Assembly (NCBI GenBank): GCA_016706815.1
Contig: JADJIW010000040.1
Location: forward strand, 16,251-80,250
DNA from: Deltaproteobacteria bacterium
GTDB lineage: Bacteria; Myxococcota_A; UBA796; CAJQPC01
Direction of reading: 5' to 3'
Length of the DNA: 64,000 nucleotides
Position numbers and translations under genes: made by a program. How positions within the stretch are numbered: the stretch's first letter is position 1; every line of letters starts with the position of its first letter. Positions 9,391 to 19,672 of this stretch are shown piece by piece. A model generated the notes under the pieces. That model ran no database searches. It worked only from the letters and a program-made list of their open reading frames with translations, and was not told the origin of the DNA.

Positions 9391-12300
9391 ATGTCGGAAG
9401 ATCTACGGAGCATCATGGGCAAGCCCCTCGTCATCGTCGAGTCCCCCGCCAAAGCACGCACCATCGAGAAGTTCCTCGGCGCGGGCTACCAGGTCGCCGC
9501 GTCCGTGGGCCACATCCGCGATCTCCCCGAGACCGCCGCCGACATCCCCAAAGAGTTCAAAGACAAGAAGTGGGCGCGCACGGCGGTAGACGTCGAGAAC
9601 AACTTCGCGCCGCTCTACGTGTTGACCGAGCGGGGCCGAGAGCAGGTCAAGACCCTCAAGAAGATGCTCAGCGACGCCGACGCGCTCTACCTCGCGACCG
9701 ATGAGGATCGTGAGGGTGAGGCCATCGCCTGGCACCTCTTTGAGGTGCTCAAGCCCAAGGTGCCGGTGAAGCGCCTCGTCTTCCACGAGATCACCGACCG
9801 CGCGATCAAAGAGGCCCTGGCCTCGCCCCGGGCCTTAAACCTCGACCTCGTGCGCGCCCAGGAGACCCGCCGGATCATCGACCGCCTGTATGGCTACAAC
9901 GTCTCGCCGGTCCTGTGGAAGAAGATCAAGCCGCGCCTGTCCGCGGGGCGTGTGCAGTCCGTGGCCGTGCGCCTCATCGTCGATCGGGAGCGCAGCCGCA
10001 TGCGCTTCGTGCCCGGCGCCTGGTGGGATCTCAACGCCACCTTCGACGCCCAGGCCGGGCGCTGGGCGGCGCAGCTCGTCGAGCTGAACGACAAGCGGGT
10101 GGCGAGCGGCCGCGACTTTGAGGCCACCACCGGCGCGCTCAAGCCCGGCGCCGACCTGGTCCTGCTCAACGCCGAGACCGCCGCGTCGCTGCGGGAGCGC
10201 CTGCTCCAGGGCGCGGCCAAGGTGCACAAGGTCCAGCGGAAGCCCTTCACCGAGCGGCCCTACCCGCCCTTCACCACGTCTACGCTCCAGCAAGAGGCCA
10301 ACCGCAAGTTTAAGTGGCCCGCCCGGCGCACGATGTCCGTGGCCCAGCGCCTCTATGAGACCGGCTGGATCACCTACATGAGAACCGACAGCCTGCACCT
10401 CAGCGAGCAGGCCATCAGCGCCGCCCGTGGGCTCATCAAGAGCCAGTTTGGGCCCGACTACGTCCCGAACCAACCCCGGATGTACAAGACGAGCGCCAAA
10501 GGCGCCCAGGAGGCCCACGAGGCCATCCGCCCGGCGGGGGACGTCTTCCGCAGCATCACGAGCTGCCGCGCCGAGCTTGGTGACGAGGAGGCCCGGCTCT
10601 ACGAGCTCATCTGGAAGCGCACCATGGCCTGCCAGATGGAGGACGCCCGAGGCGAGCGGGTCACCGTCGACACGTTGACCACCACCGCCGCCGGAGAGCG
10701 CGCCCTGTTCCGCGCCAACGGCCGCACCTTCTCCTTCGCGGGGTATCGCCGGGTCTACGTCGAAGATCTCGACGAGGGCGCCTTTGACCTCAGCGACGCC
10801 GACACGCTCCTGCCCCCGCTCAAAGAGGGCGACGCGGCCAAGGCTGTCGAGGTCGGCGCGTCGAGCCACGAGACGTCTCCCCCCGCGCGGCTCACCGACG
10901 CCAGCCTGGTGAAAGAGCTGGAGTCCTTGGGCATCGGCCGCCCGAGCACCTACGCCAGCATCATCGAGACCATCCTCTCCCGGGGCTACGTCTTCAAGAA
11001 GGGCACCTCGCTTGTGCCCACCTGGACGGCCTTCGCCGTCACCCAGCTCATGGAGACCCACTTCCAAGAGCTCGTCGACTACACCTTCACCGCCACCATG
11101 GAAGACGGCCTCGACTCCATCGCCTTGGGTCAAGAGACGCCGCTCCGCTACTTGTCGTCGTTCTACCACGGTCACGACGCCAACAAGCCGAACAGCGGCC
11201 TCACCGAGCAGATCCGCGCCGCCGAGGCCGCCGCCGACCCCCGCGTCGTGTGCTCGATCCCCCTGGGCACCGTGGATGGGGTGCCTGTGGTCGCCCGCGT
11301 CGGCCGCTTCGGGCCCTACATCGAGCTTGAGGACAAGACCCGCTCTCTGCCCGATGAGCTGCCCCCCGACGAGATGACCGCCGCCGCCGCCGCCGCCTTC
11401 GTGCGCAGCGCCCCCGCGGGCCCCACCAAGCTCGGCGACGACCCGGCCACGGGCCTCGCGGTGATGTTGTTCAACGGCCGCTTCGGGCCCTATGTGCAGC
11501 TCGGCGAGACGACCGACGACGACAAGCCCAAACGCCAGAGCTTGCCCAAAGAGCTCACCCCCGCCGAGTGTACCCTCCAGGACGCCATCGCCCTGCTCGC
11601 CCTGCCCCGCAACCTGGGCAAGTCCGCCAGCGACGACGACATCCTCGTCTTCAACGGCCGCTTCGGGCCCTTCGTGCGCGCCGGGAAAGAGGTCCGGAAC
11701 ATCCCCCCGGGCGTGTCGTTGCTCACGATCAGCCGGGAGCAGGCCCTGGAGCTGCTCAGCGCCCCCGCCAGCCGCGCGCGTGGCGCCGCCGCGGCCTCAA
11801 ACCTCGCTGAGCTCGGCGAGAGCCCTGAGGGGCGCCGTGTGGTGGTGAAGAAGGGTCGTTTCGGCGCTTATGTCACCGACGGCGTCGTGAACGCCACCCT
11901 GAAGCGGGGCGTGACCGTCGAGGAGCTGTCTCTGGCCGACGCGCTGATCCTGCTCAACGAGCGCCGCGACGCCCCTCCGAGCACCAAGTCCCGGGGCCGT
12001 GGCGCCCCCCGCCGCGGCGCGCCCAAAGCCGCCGCCGCGCCCAAGGCCACCGCGAAGAAGGCCGTCGCGAAGAAGGCTGTCGCGAAGAAGGCCGTCGCCG
12101 CCGAGGCCAGCGAGGAGGCGCCCAAGCCCACGAAGAAGGCCACCGCAAAGAAGGCCACCGCGAAGAAGGCCACCACGAAGAAGGCCCCGAGCGCCGCCGC
12201 AAAGGCCGCTGAGGCCGCCCCCGAGGCGAAGCCCACAAAGAAGGCCACGGCGAAGGCCGCCGCGAAGGCCGCTGAGGCCACCCCCGAGGCGAAGCCTGCT

Positions 12301-12501
12301 GAGAAGGCCACCGCCAAGAAGGCCAGCGGCGCCAAAAAGCCACCGAAGAAGGCCACCGCGAAGAAGGCCACGCCCAAGAAGGCCACCGCGAAGAAGGCCG
12401 CGCCCGAGGCCGCCACCGCCGTCGCTGAGGCCCCCGCCGCTCCGGCCAAGCCGAAGACGGTCACCCGCAAAGCCAGCCCCAAGGCGCCCGCCGAGGCCTA
12501 A
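9391..12501 (+). CDS. topA: DNA topoisomerase I with long C-terminal lysine/alanine-rich repeat tail
   Basis: Track ORF. It has a TOPRIM start (GKPLVIVESPAKARTIEKFLG), the active-site region and zinc-ribbon-like GRFGPY repeats. After about aa 870 it becomes KKATAKKAVAKK repeats. Confidence 0.95.
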   Translation: MSEDLRSIMGKPLVIVESPAKARTIEKFLGAGYQVAASVGHIRDLPETAADIPKEFKDKKWARTAVDVENNFAPLYVLTERGREQVKTLKKMLSDADALYLATDEDREGEAIAWHLFEVLKPKVPVKRLVFHEITDRAIKEALASPRALNLDLVRAQETRRIIDRLYGYNVSPVLWKKIKPRLSAGRVQSVAVRLIVDRERSRMRFVPGAWWDLNATFDAQAGRWAAQLVELNDKRVASGRDFEATTGALKPGADLVLLNAETAASLRERLLQGAAKVHKVQRKPFTERPYPPFTTSTLQQEANRKFKWPARRTMSVAQRLYETGWITYMRTDSLHLSEQAISAARGLIKSQFGPDYVPNQPRMYKTSAKGAQEAHEAIRPAGDVFRSITSCRAELGDEEARLYELIWKRTMACQMEDARGERVTVDTLTTTAAGERALFRANGRTFSFAGYRRVYVEDLDEGAFDLSDADTLLPPLKEGDAAKAVEVGASSHETSPPARLTDASLVKELESLGIGRPSTYASIIETILSRGYVFKKGTSLVPTWTAFAVTQLMETHFQELVDYTFTATMEDGLDSIALGQETPLRYLSSFYHGHDANKPNSGLTEQIRAAEAAADPRVVCSIPLGTVDGVPVVARVGRFGPYIELEDKTRSLPDELPPDEMTAAAAAAFVRSAPAGPTKLGDDPATGLAVMLFNGRFGPYVQLGETTDDDKPKRQSLPKELTPAECTLQDAIALLALPRNLGKSASDDDILVFNGRFGPFVRAGKEVRNIPPGVSLLTISREQALELLSAPASRARGAAAASNLAELGESPEGRRVVVKKGRFGAYVTDGVVNATLKRGVTVEELSLADALILLNERRDAPPSTKSRGRGAPRRGAPKAAAAPKATAKKAVAKKAVAKKAVAAEASEEAPKPTKKATAKKATAKKATTKKAPSAAAKAAEAAPEAKPTKKATAKAAAKAAEATPEAKPAEKATAKKASGAKKPPKKATAKKATPKKATAKKAAPEAATAVAEAPAAPAKPKTVTRKASPKAPAEA
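12030..12430 (+). repeat. Tandem near-identical 18-30 bp repeats (gcgaagaaggcc(acc/gtc)..) encoding the KA-rich tail of TopA
   Basis: Direct reading of the sequence shows aagaaggccaccgcgaag / aagaaggccgtcgcgaag units reiterated more than 15 times. Confidence 0.8.
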
Positions 12502-12526
12502 GCCTCACGGCCAAGGCGTCCGCCGC

Positions 12527-12835
12527 TCAAGAGAACAGCAGCGCCCACTCCCGCTCAAGGAGCTGGCGCTGCGGGTCTCCCAACTTCGCCTCCTGCTCCA
12601 TGAGCATCGAGGCGACGAGGCGGCGCACGTCGTCGAGGCTCACCTGAACGTGGGTGGCGCCTTCAGGCACGAGGGCCTTGGAGATGCTCTCCAAGACCTG
12701 CTCAAAGAGGGCGTCGTCCAGATGACCCAGGTCTTGAAGCAGCTCCAAGAAGCCCAAGGCCTCCGGGGTCAGCTCGACGTGTTGGCTGGGCGAGGTGGAG
12801 CGACGCCGGGAAGGACTGGATTTACGAGAGTGCAT
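12527..12835 (-). CDS. Small conserved hypothetical protein, possibly Smg/DUF494-like, immediately downstream of dprA
   Basis: Track ORF. The segment LTPEALGFLELLQDLGHLDDALFEQVLE resembles the central region of E. coli Smg ([26 protein letters not shown]..). It is co-directional with dprA and overlaps it. Confidence 0.35.
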   Translation of the reverse strand: MHSRKSSPSRRRSTSPSQHVELTPEALGFLELLQDLGHLDDALFEQVLESISKALVPEGATHVQVSLDDVRRLVASMLMEQEAKLGDPQRQLLEREWALLFS

Positions 12836-13907
12836 AGCGCTGATCGGGTAACCGCACTACCGCGCCCGTCAACTCCAGCTTTGTCAGCAGGCCAAGAACC
12901 TCACGCAGCGGCGCCTCCAGACGTGCGGCGATCTCCCCCAGGCCCCGGGGCGCGTCAAGGGCCATGAGCAGCCGTGAGGCGGGATCGTTGCCCACCCGAC
13001 GCCAGCCCGCGGTGACCTCGACCAGCTCTCGCACACACAAGCAGCCCTCTGCGATGAGCAACAAACATCCCGCCGAGGCCGGCGCGTCGATGCGCCCCGG
13101 CACCGCCCAGACCTCTCGGCTGAGATCCCGCGCGGCCTTCGCGGTGTGCATGGCGCCGGACTGCAAGGACGCCTCGACCACCACCGTCGCCCGCGCCAAG
13201 GCGGCGATGAGCCGGTTTCGTCGTGGGAAGGTGTACTTTGTGGGCGGATCCCGAGGCGGCAGCTCGCTCACCAGGCTGCCGCCGCCGTTGAGGATGTCTT
13301 CATGCAGCCGCCGCGCCTCGGGCCCCGACGCGCGAGAGCAGAGCCCCTGGCCCAAGATGGCGATCGTCACCCCGCCCGCCTCCAAGGCCCCGCGGTGGGC
13401 GCTCTCGTCGATGCCCCGGGCGGCGCCGGAGACGAGCGCCCCGCCGAGGTTCGCCGCTTGAGCCCCCAGACGCCGGGCCACGAGCCGCCCATACGGCGTA
13501 CAGGCCCTCGCGCCGACCACGGCGAGCCCAGCGCGATCTCCGACCTTGGCCCCCCGCACGCAGATGAGCGCCGGAGGCTGGGCCAAGCCGAGCAAAGCCT
13601 CGGGGTAGGACGGCGAGCCCAAGGTGTAGAACGGATCGGGGCTCACCTCGTCGCGGGCGCTGAGCATCCTCTCGACGAGCTTGGGGCGAAACCCAGCGGC
13701 CACCAGCTCCGCGCCGCCCGCGCTCAACAGACCCGCTTCGCCGCCGATCTTGTCCAGCAGCGCGCGTGGATCGACGGCGTCTGTCGACCGGGCCAACGCG
13801 GCCCAGCGACCAGGGATGACATAACTCACGGCTGACTCCCGGAGACCGGGAGGGGCGACCAGCACGCCGAGGCTTATCCGCGACAGCGCGGGCTGGCCAG
13901 GGCACAA
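12822..13907 (-). CDS. dprA: DNA-processing protein DprA (Smf)
   Basis: Track ORF with a Rossmann-like DprA core (GLAVVGARACTPYG..VSGAARGIDESAHRGALEAGG..AVPGRIDAP). Confidence 0.85.
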   Translation of the reverse strand: MCPGQPALSRISLGVLVAPPGLRESAVSYVIPGRWAALARSTDAVDPRALLDKIGGEAGLLSAGGAELVAAGFRPKLVERMLSARDEVSPDPFYTLGSPSYPEALLGLAQPPALICVRGAKVGDRAGLAVVGARACTPYGRLVARRLGAQAANLGGALVSGAARGIDESAHRGALEAGGVTIAILGQGLCSRASGPEARRLHEDILNGGGSLVSELPPRDPPTKYTFPRRNRLIAALARATVVVEASLQSGAMHTAKAARDLSREVWAVPGRIDAPASAGCLLLIAEGCLCVRELVEVTAGWRRVGNDPASRLLMALDAPRGLGEIAARLEAPLREVLGLLTKLELTGAVVRLPDQRYALS

Positions 13908-13984
13908 CGGCGGGGCGCGGCCAGTTTTTGTGAGCGCCTCAGCGTGGAGGCGCCCTCACGCCGCTGGTCTCACGCCGCTAAATC

Positions 13985-15070
13985 TCACTCCACCGTCATC
14001 GACACCGCGTCGCCGACGGCGATGGGGCGGCTGGCGTCGACGACGATGGCCGCGGCGTGATCCTCCTCCACCCGAGTGACGACCACACGCCCGACGACCT
14101 GATCGGGGATCGCCAGATCCTCGTGATCGACGCCGAAGTTCTCATCGCGGTGGTGGATGATGAAGAAGCTGTTGCCCACCCGAAGGCCGTCCGCGCGCCC
14201 ACGGTCGAGGAAGACCGTCTCTCCTGTGGCCGCGAGCTCGTACTGATCGAGGCCGCTGCGGGCGATGATCACGCCGTCGAGATCCCCCTTGGGCGCGGTC
14301 GTCGGGAGCTTGGCGGTGACGGGGTAGGCCGGGCCGACACGATCCCCGCGGCGCATCTCACGGAAGCTCCGGCGCACCACCGCGGAGACCATCTCATCGG
14401 TGGTGTGAACCACCCGAAGCTCGGCGACGACGTGGTAGAGCCTGCCGTAGCGTAAGTCTTTGGCGTCGGGGTGACGCACCTTGCGGCCCTCGCGGTACAC
14501 GGCGATCACGTCGCCGCAGGCCACCAGGTCGGGGTCGTCCATCCGCAGGTAGACCAGATCGCCCTCGCCGAGATGCGTCGCGCCGGTCTTCGCGTACTTC
14601 ACCTCGCCCCAGAGCTCCAGCTCATCGGCCAACATCGAGGCCGTGGTGTAGGTGGCCGCGGGGTAGGCCGAGGTGAAGTTGATGTCGGGGCCACACTCGG
14701 GCTCGGAGAGCTCAAAGTCGGCGGCATCGACGATGTAGCCGTCTTGGGCGCCACCATCGAGCTCAAGCCCCGGAGGGTCCAAGAGCGTGCCAGGGCGGAA
14801 GACGATGACGTTGCCGGGGTAGATCCAGTGGGGGTTCGTGATGTAGTCGTTGAACGACCACAACCTCGGCCAGTAGCCGGCGTCGCCCATGAACCGCGAC
14901 GAGATGTCCCACAGGGTGTCGCCCGTCTGGATGACGTAGCGGTCGGGCGTCGAGTCGCTCAGCTCAACGGCGTTTGTGGCCACCACGACCCCACCTTCTT
15001 GGGCCAGCGCGGGGCTCGCGCTCATCAGCAGGGCGGCGGCGAGGGCCGACCCCAACAACGTACGCAGCAT
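13985..15070 (-). CDS. Secreted LysM domain protein
   Basis: Track ORF with a signal peptide (LAAALLMSASPALA) and a LysM motif (YVIQTGDTLWDISSRF). Confidence 0.75.
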   Translation of the reverse strand: MLRTLLGSALAAALLMSASPALAQEGGVVVATNAVELSDSTPDRYVIQTGDTLWDISSRFMGDAGYWPRLWSFNDYITNPHWIYPGNVIVFRPGTLLDPPGLELDGGAQDGYIVDAADFELSEPECGPDINFTSAYPAATYTTASMLADELELWGEVKYAKTGATHLGEGDLVYLRMDDPDLVACGDVIAVYREGRKVRHPDAKDLRYGRLYHVVAELRVVHTTDEMVSAVVRRSFREMRRGDRVGPAYPVTAKLPTTAPKGDLDGVIIARSGLDQYELAATGETVFLDRGRADGLRVGNSFFIIHHRDENFGVDHEDLAIPDQVVGRVVVTRVEEDHAAAIVVDASRPIAVGDAVSMTVE

Positions 15071-15130
15071 GGACTCTCCTGGTCGACTACAGCGCGTCAG
15101 AGGGAAGTCTGCGTGAGACCGAGCGCCATG

Positions 15131-15478
15131 TCAACCAGGGACACGCCCGTAGTCGTCCGAGTGCCGCACCACGTCGTCGGGGTGGGCGGTCGAGACCTCA
15201 TAGACCTCGCAGTCGGTGATCCCGGTCATGCGGTGCCTTCGGCGCGGCGGGATGTGGCGCACATCGCCGGGGCGCAGGTGGTGGGCCACCAAGGCGCCCG
15301 CGTCGTCCTCCAGGTCAAGCAACATCTCCCCCTGGGTGACGCGGATCGTCTCTTCCTTTTTTTCGTGGTGCTGAAGCGACAGGCGGCGCCCGGCGAGGAT
15401 CACGAGCACCTTCCCCAAATAGTCCGGGGTCTCGGCCCAGATCTCCTCATGGCCCCAAGGCTTCTCCACACGGCGCAC
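15131..15478 (-). CDS. Cupin_2 domain protein
   Basis: Track ORF. The KPWGHEEIWAE start and cupin His residues resemble the mannose-6-P isomerase-like small cupins. Confidence 0.6.
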   Translation of the reverse strand: MRRVEKPWGHEEIWAETPDYLGKVLVILAGRRLSLQHHEKKEETIRVTQGEMLLDLEDDAGALVAHHLRPGDVRHIPPRRRHRMTGITDCEVYEVSTAHPDDVVRHSDDYGRVPG

Positions 15479-15501
15479 GGCGACTCCTAAGCGGTTTCGC
15501 C

Positions 15502-16164
15502 CTAGCGTACCCGCGTGAGGGTGGCCTCCGCCAGCCCGAGCGTGATCAACACGCCGGCCTTGGCTTTGTTGGCCTCCTTCTCGTCGCCATAGGGGCCCAC
15601 GCGCACATGCCAGCGGGTGACGCCCTCGTCTAAGGCCGCCACGGAGAAGGCCTTGAGCCCGGCGGTGGTCGCCGCCTCCACCTTGGCCTTCGCCTCCTCC
15701 GCGCTCTCGACGGTGGCGATCTGCAAGGCGTAACCTGGGCCGGGCACGCTCCCGATCTGATCGCTCGGCGGCGCGTCCGCCGCTTCACCCGCGGCGACGA
15801 GCAGCGTCTCCCCTTCCCCGGGCGCCGGGGGCGCGGGCAAGACCACGCTGACCTCGGTCTCGGTGAGCGCCGTCGGGAAGCTCAGCACCCCGGCCTCTGT
15901 GGTCGTGGCCGTCTTCGCCGCGGCTTGCTCCACCTTGGCGAGCAGCTCGACCAAGGCGTCGCTCTCGACCTCAGCGGGGATCAGGCCGATGTCTTGGGTG
16001 ATCACGACAGGCTCGGGCACCTTTCGTTGCCCAAGCTCAAGGCCGATAAAAAACGCCAAGATGGCCGTCGAGATGCTCATGATCCCCAACGCCGTGAGCT
16101 GGGCGCGGGAGAGCCAGATGGAGTCTTCGCCACGAACGCGAGGAGGAGCGTACATGCCGCGCAC
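15502..16164 (-). CDS. Membrane-anchored SPOR-domain protein (cell-division associated)
   Basis: Track ORF with an N-terminal TM segment, an Ala/Pro linker and a C-terminal SPOR-like segment YALQIATVESAEEAKAKVE..RVGPY. Confidence 0.55.
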   Translation of the reverse strand: MRGMYAPPRVRGEDSIWLSRAQLTALGIMSISTAILAFFIGLELGQRKVPEPVVITQDIGLIPAEVESDALVELLAKVEQAAAKTATTTEAGVLSFPTALTETEVSVVLPAPPAPGEGETLLVAAGEAADAPPSDQIGSVPGPGYALQIATVESAEEAKAKVEAATTAGLKAFSVAALDEGVTRWHVRVGPYGDEKEANKAKAGVLITLGLAEATLTRVR

Positions 16165-16257
16165 TATAACCTGATCCGAGGCTTAGTGTTGGCATGTCAA
16201 GTGCAATTGATCCGGGGCGATGGCGGCCCAGTCAACGCAGCAGTCCACGCAGCCGGA

Positions 16258-16602
16258 TCAGCCCTCGCTGGTGCTGAGCCCGAGATCCATAAACCGGGTG
16301 GCGAAGGGCGTGACCTTCACCTCACGATCCACCAGCTCGGCCTCGGAGTGGGAGACGACGAGCTGGGTGACCTTGTCGAGCTCGGCCCGCAGGATCCCCG
16401 CGTCGTTGCCGACGAAGGCCACCCCCAGCACGGCGCGCTGGAGGTTGTCCATGTCTTCGACCTCGGCCACGGCGGCGTTAAACCGCGCGGCGAGGCGGTC
16501 GCGCAGGCTGCGCACGACCTGCCGCTTGTCCTTGAGGCTGCGGGCCCAAGGCACCCGCAGCACAAACCGCGCCGTGGCGACGTGCATCTGCTCCTGCGTC
16601 AT
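16258..16602 (-). CDS. DUF503 (YlxP-like) protein downstream of infB
   Basis: Track ORF. It matches the DUF503 pattern (RF.LRVPWARSLKDKRQVVRSL..FNAAVAEVEDMDNLQRAVLGVAFVGND) and sits where DUF503 sits in nusA-infB operons. Confidence 0.7.
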   Translation of the reverse strand: MTQEQMHVATARFVLRVPWARSLKDKRQVVRSLRDRLAARFNAAVAEVEDMDNLQRAVLGVAFVGNDAGILRAELDKVTQLVVSHSEAELVDREVKVTPFATRFMDLGLSTSEG

Positions 16603-16614
16603 GGGTGACCCCGA

Positions 16615-19509
16615 TTAGACAGGAGAGACCATCTCCACGGTGTAGGACTCGAGCTCGTCGCCCTGCTTGATGTCGGTGAAGCCGTCCAAGGCGAGACCAC
16701 ACTCGTAGCCCTTCTCCACCTCGCGGACGTCGTCCTTGAAGCGGCGGAGCGAGTTGAGGCGGCCTTCCCAGATGACCACGTTGTCGCGGGTGAGGCGAAC
16801 GGAGTGGGAGCGGGCGATCTTGCCGTCGAGGACAAAACAGCCCGCGACGTTGCCGATCTTGGGGATGCTGAACACCTCGCGGATGGCGACGTGGCCCTGG
16901 ATCTTCTCCTCTTTGATCGGGGCGAGCATGCCGCCGAGCGCCTTCTTGATGTCGTCGAGGACATCGTAGATGACGCGGTAGGAGCGAACCTCAACACCCT
17001 TCTCTTCAGCGGCGCGCCGGGCCTTGGCGTCGGGGCGCACGTTGAAGCCGACGACGATGGCGCCGTAGGTGCCCGCCAAGGTGACGTCGGACTCGCTGAC
17101 CGCGCCGACGCCGATGTGCAGGATGTTGACCTCGGTGCCCGGCACCTTCACGCCGCTGACGGCGCCCTTGAGGGCCTCCATCGAGCCCTGCACGTCGCCC
17201 TTGATGACGAGGTTGAGCTTCTTGATCTCGGACTCGGCCTGGGACGTGAAGAGATCCTGCAGGGTGACCTTCGCGCGCTGGCCGGGCTCGCTGGCGCGGC
17301 GGGCGGACTCAGCGCGGTGATCGGCCAAGGTGCGGGCGTCTTTCTCCGTGGCGACGACGATGAAGGTGTCGCCGGGCTGCGGCGGCGTCTCAAGGCCGAT
17401 GATCTCGACGGGGGTAGAGGGGCCGGCCGTCTTGAGGCGTTTGCCGACAAAGTCGGTCATCGCGCGGATCTTGCCGAAGGTGCTGCCGAGCACGAGGGGA
17501 TCGCCCTGCTTGAGCGTGCCGGTCTTGACGAGCAAGGTGGCCACGGCGCCGCGCCCGGTCTCGAGCTTGGCCTCAAGCACGATGCCTTCAGCGTTGCGGT
17601 CGGGGTCGCCCTTGATGTCTTCAAGCTCAGCGACGAGCAGGACGGCGTCGAGGAGATCGTCGATGCCCGTGCCCTTGAGCGCGGAGACGTTCACCATCAA
17701 GGTCTCACCGCCGAACTCTTCAGGGACGAGGCCATACTCCATGAGCTTGGTGCGGATGTTCTCCGGCTTCACGCCGGGCTTGTCGCACTTGTTCACGGCG
17801 ACCACGATGGGGACCTTGGCGGCCTTGGCGTGGTTGATGGACTCCACCGTCTGGGGCATCACGCCGTCGTCAGCGGCGACGACGAGGATGACGATGTCCG
17901 TGGCCTGGGCGCCGCGGGCGCGCATCTCGGTGAAGGCGGTGTGACCGGGGGTGTCGATGAACGTCACCCACTCCTGACCACGCTTGACCTGGTAGGCGCC
18001 GATGTGCTGGGTGATGCCGCCGGCCTCACCCGAGGCGACCTTCGTCTTGCGGATGGCGTCGAGCAGCGTCGTCTTGCCGTGGTCGACGTGACCCATGACC
18101 GTGACGACCGGCGGCCGCTTGACCGCGTTCACGTCGGCCTGCTGCACGTCCTCGAGCACCTCGGCCTCGTTGAAGCCGACGTTGACGATCTCGTACTCGA
18201 ACTCCTGGGCGACGAGGGTGGCGGTGTCGAGGTCGAGCTGCTCGTTGACCGTCGCCTGAACACCCATGCCCAAGAGGACCTTGATCACTTCAGGGGCGCG
18301 CACGCCGAGCTCGTGGGAGAGCTGGCGAACGGAGACGGTGTTGTCGATCTGGATCTTGCGCTTCTGAGCCTTGGGCTTGGGGCTCATCAGGCGGTTGTTG
18401 ACCGCGCCCTTCTTGGGACGTTTGCGCTGGAGCTTGGCGTCCATGCCGTCGAGGGCCTCGACACGACCGCGCTTGCGGTTGCGGCGGCTCTCTTCTTCAG
18501 ACGTCCCAGGCTGGCCGGGGCCGGGGGGGCCTCCGAAGTTGCCGGGCTGCTGCTGCATGCCGCCGCGCTGATCGGGGCGAGGGCCGCGGTTGTCCCCTTG
18601 CTGCGCCTGGGCGCCGGGGGTGGGCACACGCTGGCCGGGGCCGCCTTGATTACGATCGTTGGGGCCACGATCGTTCGGACCCCGATCGTTCGGGCCGCGG
18701 GGCTGCGGCGCCGCGCGGCTGGCGCGGGGATCGTTGGGGTCGTAGCCCGGGGGCGGACGCACCACCGCGCGGCCGAGGCCGGGGAGGCGGGGGCGATCGG
18801 ACTCGGCCTGGGGCTTGGAGGGATCGTAGCCCGGGGGCGGACGCACCACGGCGCGACCGAGGCCCGGCAGACGCGGCAGCTCACCTTCAGGGGAGCCTTC
18901 GCGGGGCTGGGCGGCGGCCCGTGGGGGCGGACGCGGGGGCTCGGGCGGGCGGGGCGGCGGCGCGGCGCGGACCGGCACACGACGCGTAGGCTCGGCGGGC
19001 GCCTCGACGACGGGCGCGGCGGCGACCGGGGCCACGACGGGCGCGGCGGGCGCAGGCTCGGGGGAGGCGACCTCAACCGGCGGCGCCACGGGCTCAACGA
19101 CCACCGGGGCGGGCGCAGGAGCCTCGACCACCACAGGGGCGGGCGCGGCGGCGGCAGCCTCGACGACGGGCGCCTCCACGACTGGGGCCACAGCCACCGG
19201 CGGAGGGGCCTCAACCACTGGGGGAGGCGCAACAACCGGCGCGGGCTCGCGGTAGGCTTCACGCTCGACGGGATCGGCTTTGCGAAGGCGCGTCACCGGG
19301 GGCGGAGGGGGCGGCGCGGGACGGGCCGGCTGCGTCGGGCGATCGTTACGACGGCGGATCACGTCGCTGGTGACGCGGGTCTCGACCTCCTTGGGAGGCT
19401 CAGCGGGGCCCTCTCCGGGGCGGCGCCGAGCAACCGGCGGTGGGGTCTGCGCTGGCTTGCTCGGGCTCGGCTTGGAGGTAATCCGGTCGAGCAGGTCCTT
19501 CTTTGACAT
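16615..19509 (-). CDS. infB: Translation initiation factor IF-2
   Basis: Track ORF 16615..19842. The real start [15 protein letters not shown] is at 19509. The GTPase domain has [17 protein letters not shown] and NKCD. There is a long Pro/Ala-rich N-terminal region. Confidence 0.95.
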   Translation of the reverse strand: MSKKDLLDRITSKPSPSKPAQTPPPVARRRPGEGPAEPPKEVETRVTSDVIRRRNDRPTQPARPAPPPPPPVTRLRKADPVEREAYREPAPVVAPPPVVEAPPPVAVAPVVEAPVVEAAAAAPAPVVVEAPAPAPVVVEPVAPPVEVASPEPAPAAPVVAPVAAAPVVEAPAEPTRRVPVRAAPPPRPPEPPRPPPRAAAQPREGSPEGELPRLPGLGRAVVRPPPGYDPSKPQAESDRPRLPGLGRAVVRPPPGYDPNDPRASRAAPQPRGPNDRGPNDRGPNDRNQGGPGQRVPTPGAQAQQGDNRGPRPDQRGGMQQQPGNFGGPPGPGQPGTSEEESRRNRKRGRVEALDGMDAKLQRKRPKKGAVNNRLMSPKPKAQKRKIQIDNTVSVRQLSHELGVRAPEVIKVLLGMGVQATVNEQLDLDTATLVAQEFEYEIVNVGFNEAEVLEDVQQADVNAVKRPPVVTVMGHVDHGKTTLLDAIRKTKVASGEAGGITQHIGAYQVKRGQEWVTFIDTPGHTAFTEMRARGAQATDIVILVVAADDGVMPQTVESINHAKAAKVPIVVAVNKCDKPGVKPENIRTKLMEYGLVPEEFGGETLMVNVSALKGTGIDDLLDAVLLVAELEDIKGDPDRNAEGIVLEAKLETGRGAVATLLVKTGTLKQGDPLVLGSTFGKIRAMTDFVGKRLKTAGPSTPVEIIGLETPPQPGDTFIVVATEKDARTLADHRAESARRASEPGQRAKVTLQDLFTSQAESEIKKLNLVIKGDVQGSMEALKGAVSGVKVPGTEVNILHIGVGAVSESDVTLAGTYGAIVVGFNVRPDAKARRAAEEKGVEVRSYRVIYDVLDDIKKALGGMLAPIKEEKIQGHVAIREVFSIPKIGNVAGCFVLDGKIARSHSVRLTRDNVVIWEGRLNSLRRFKDDVREVEKGYECGLALDGFTDIKQGDELESYTVEMVSPV
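18660..18885 (-). repeat. In-frame tandem duplications within the infB N-terminal region (PNDRG x3; [18 protein letters not shown] x2)
   Basis: About 60 bp units are repeated at 18727-18793 and 18820-18880. ccacgatcgttcgg units recur at 18660-18700. Confidence 0.7.
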
Positions 19510-19672
19510 TCGATTCCTTTCGCGCCTCTCCATCGCTTGGGAGAGGGTACAAGATTCGCCCGAGCACTCTCCGCCTTCACAGCGTCGGGCCCTTCGATGA
19601 TGCAGGGCCACTGAGCTATCGCGCCAGCGCCCAAAGTTCAACCTTCGCCTGCGAGCGAGGAGAGAGGATCCC

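Noticed and set aside
16804-19506. 900 aa plus-strand ORF antisense to infB
   Set aside because: It is typical GC-rich antisense noise. Similar ORFs are 894..1976+, 20349..21641+, 42236..43711+, 48016..49620-, 9835..11175-, 23959..25257- and 50418..52193+. They have low-complexity Arg/Gly/Ala products and the opposite strand encodes well-conserved proteins.
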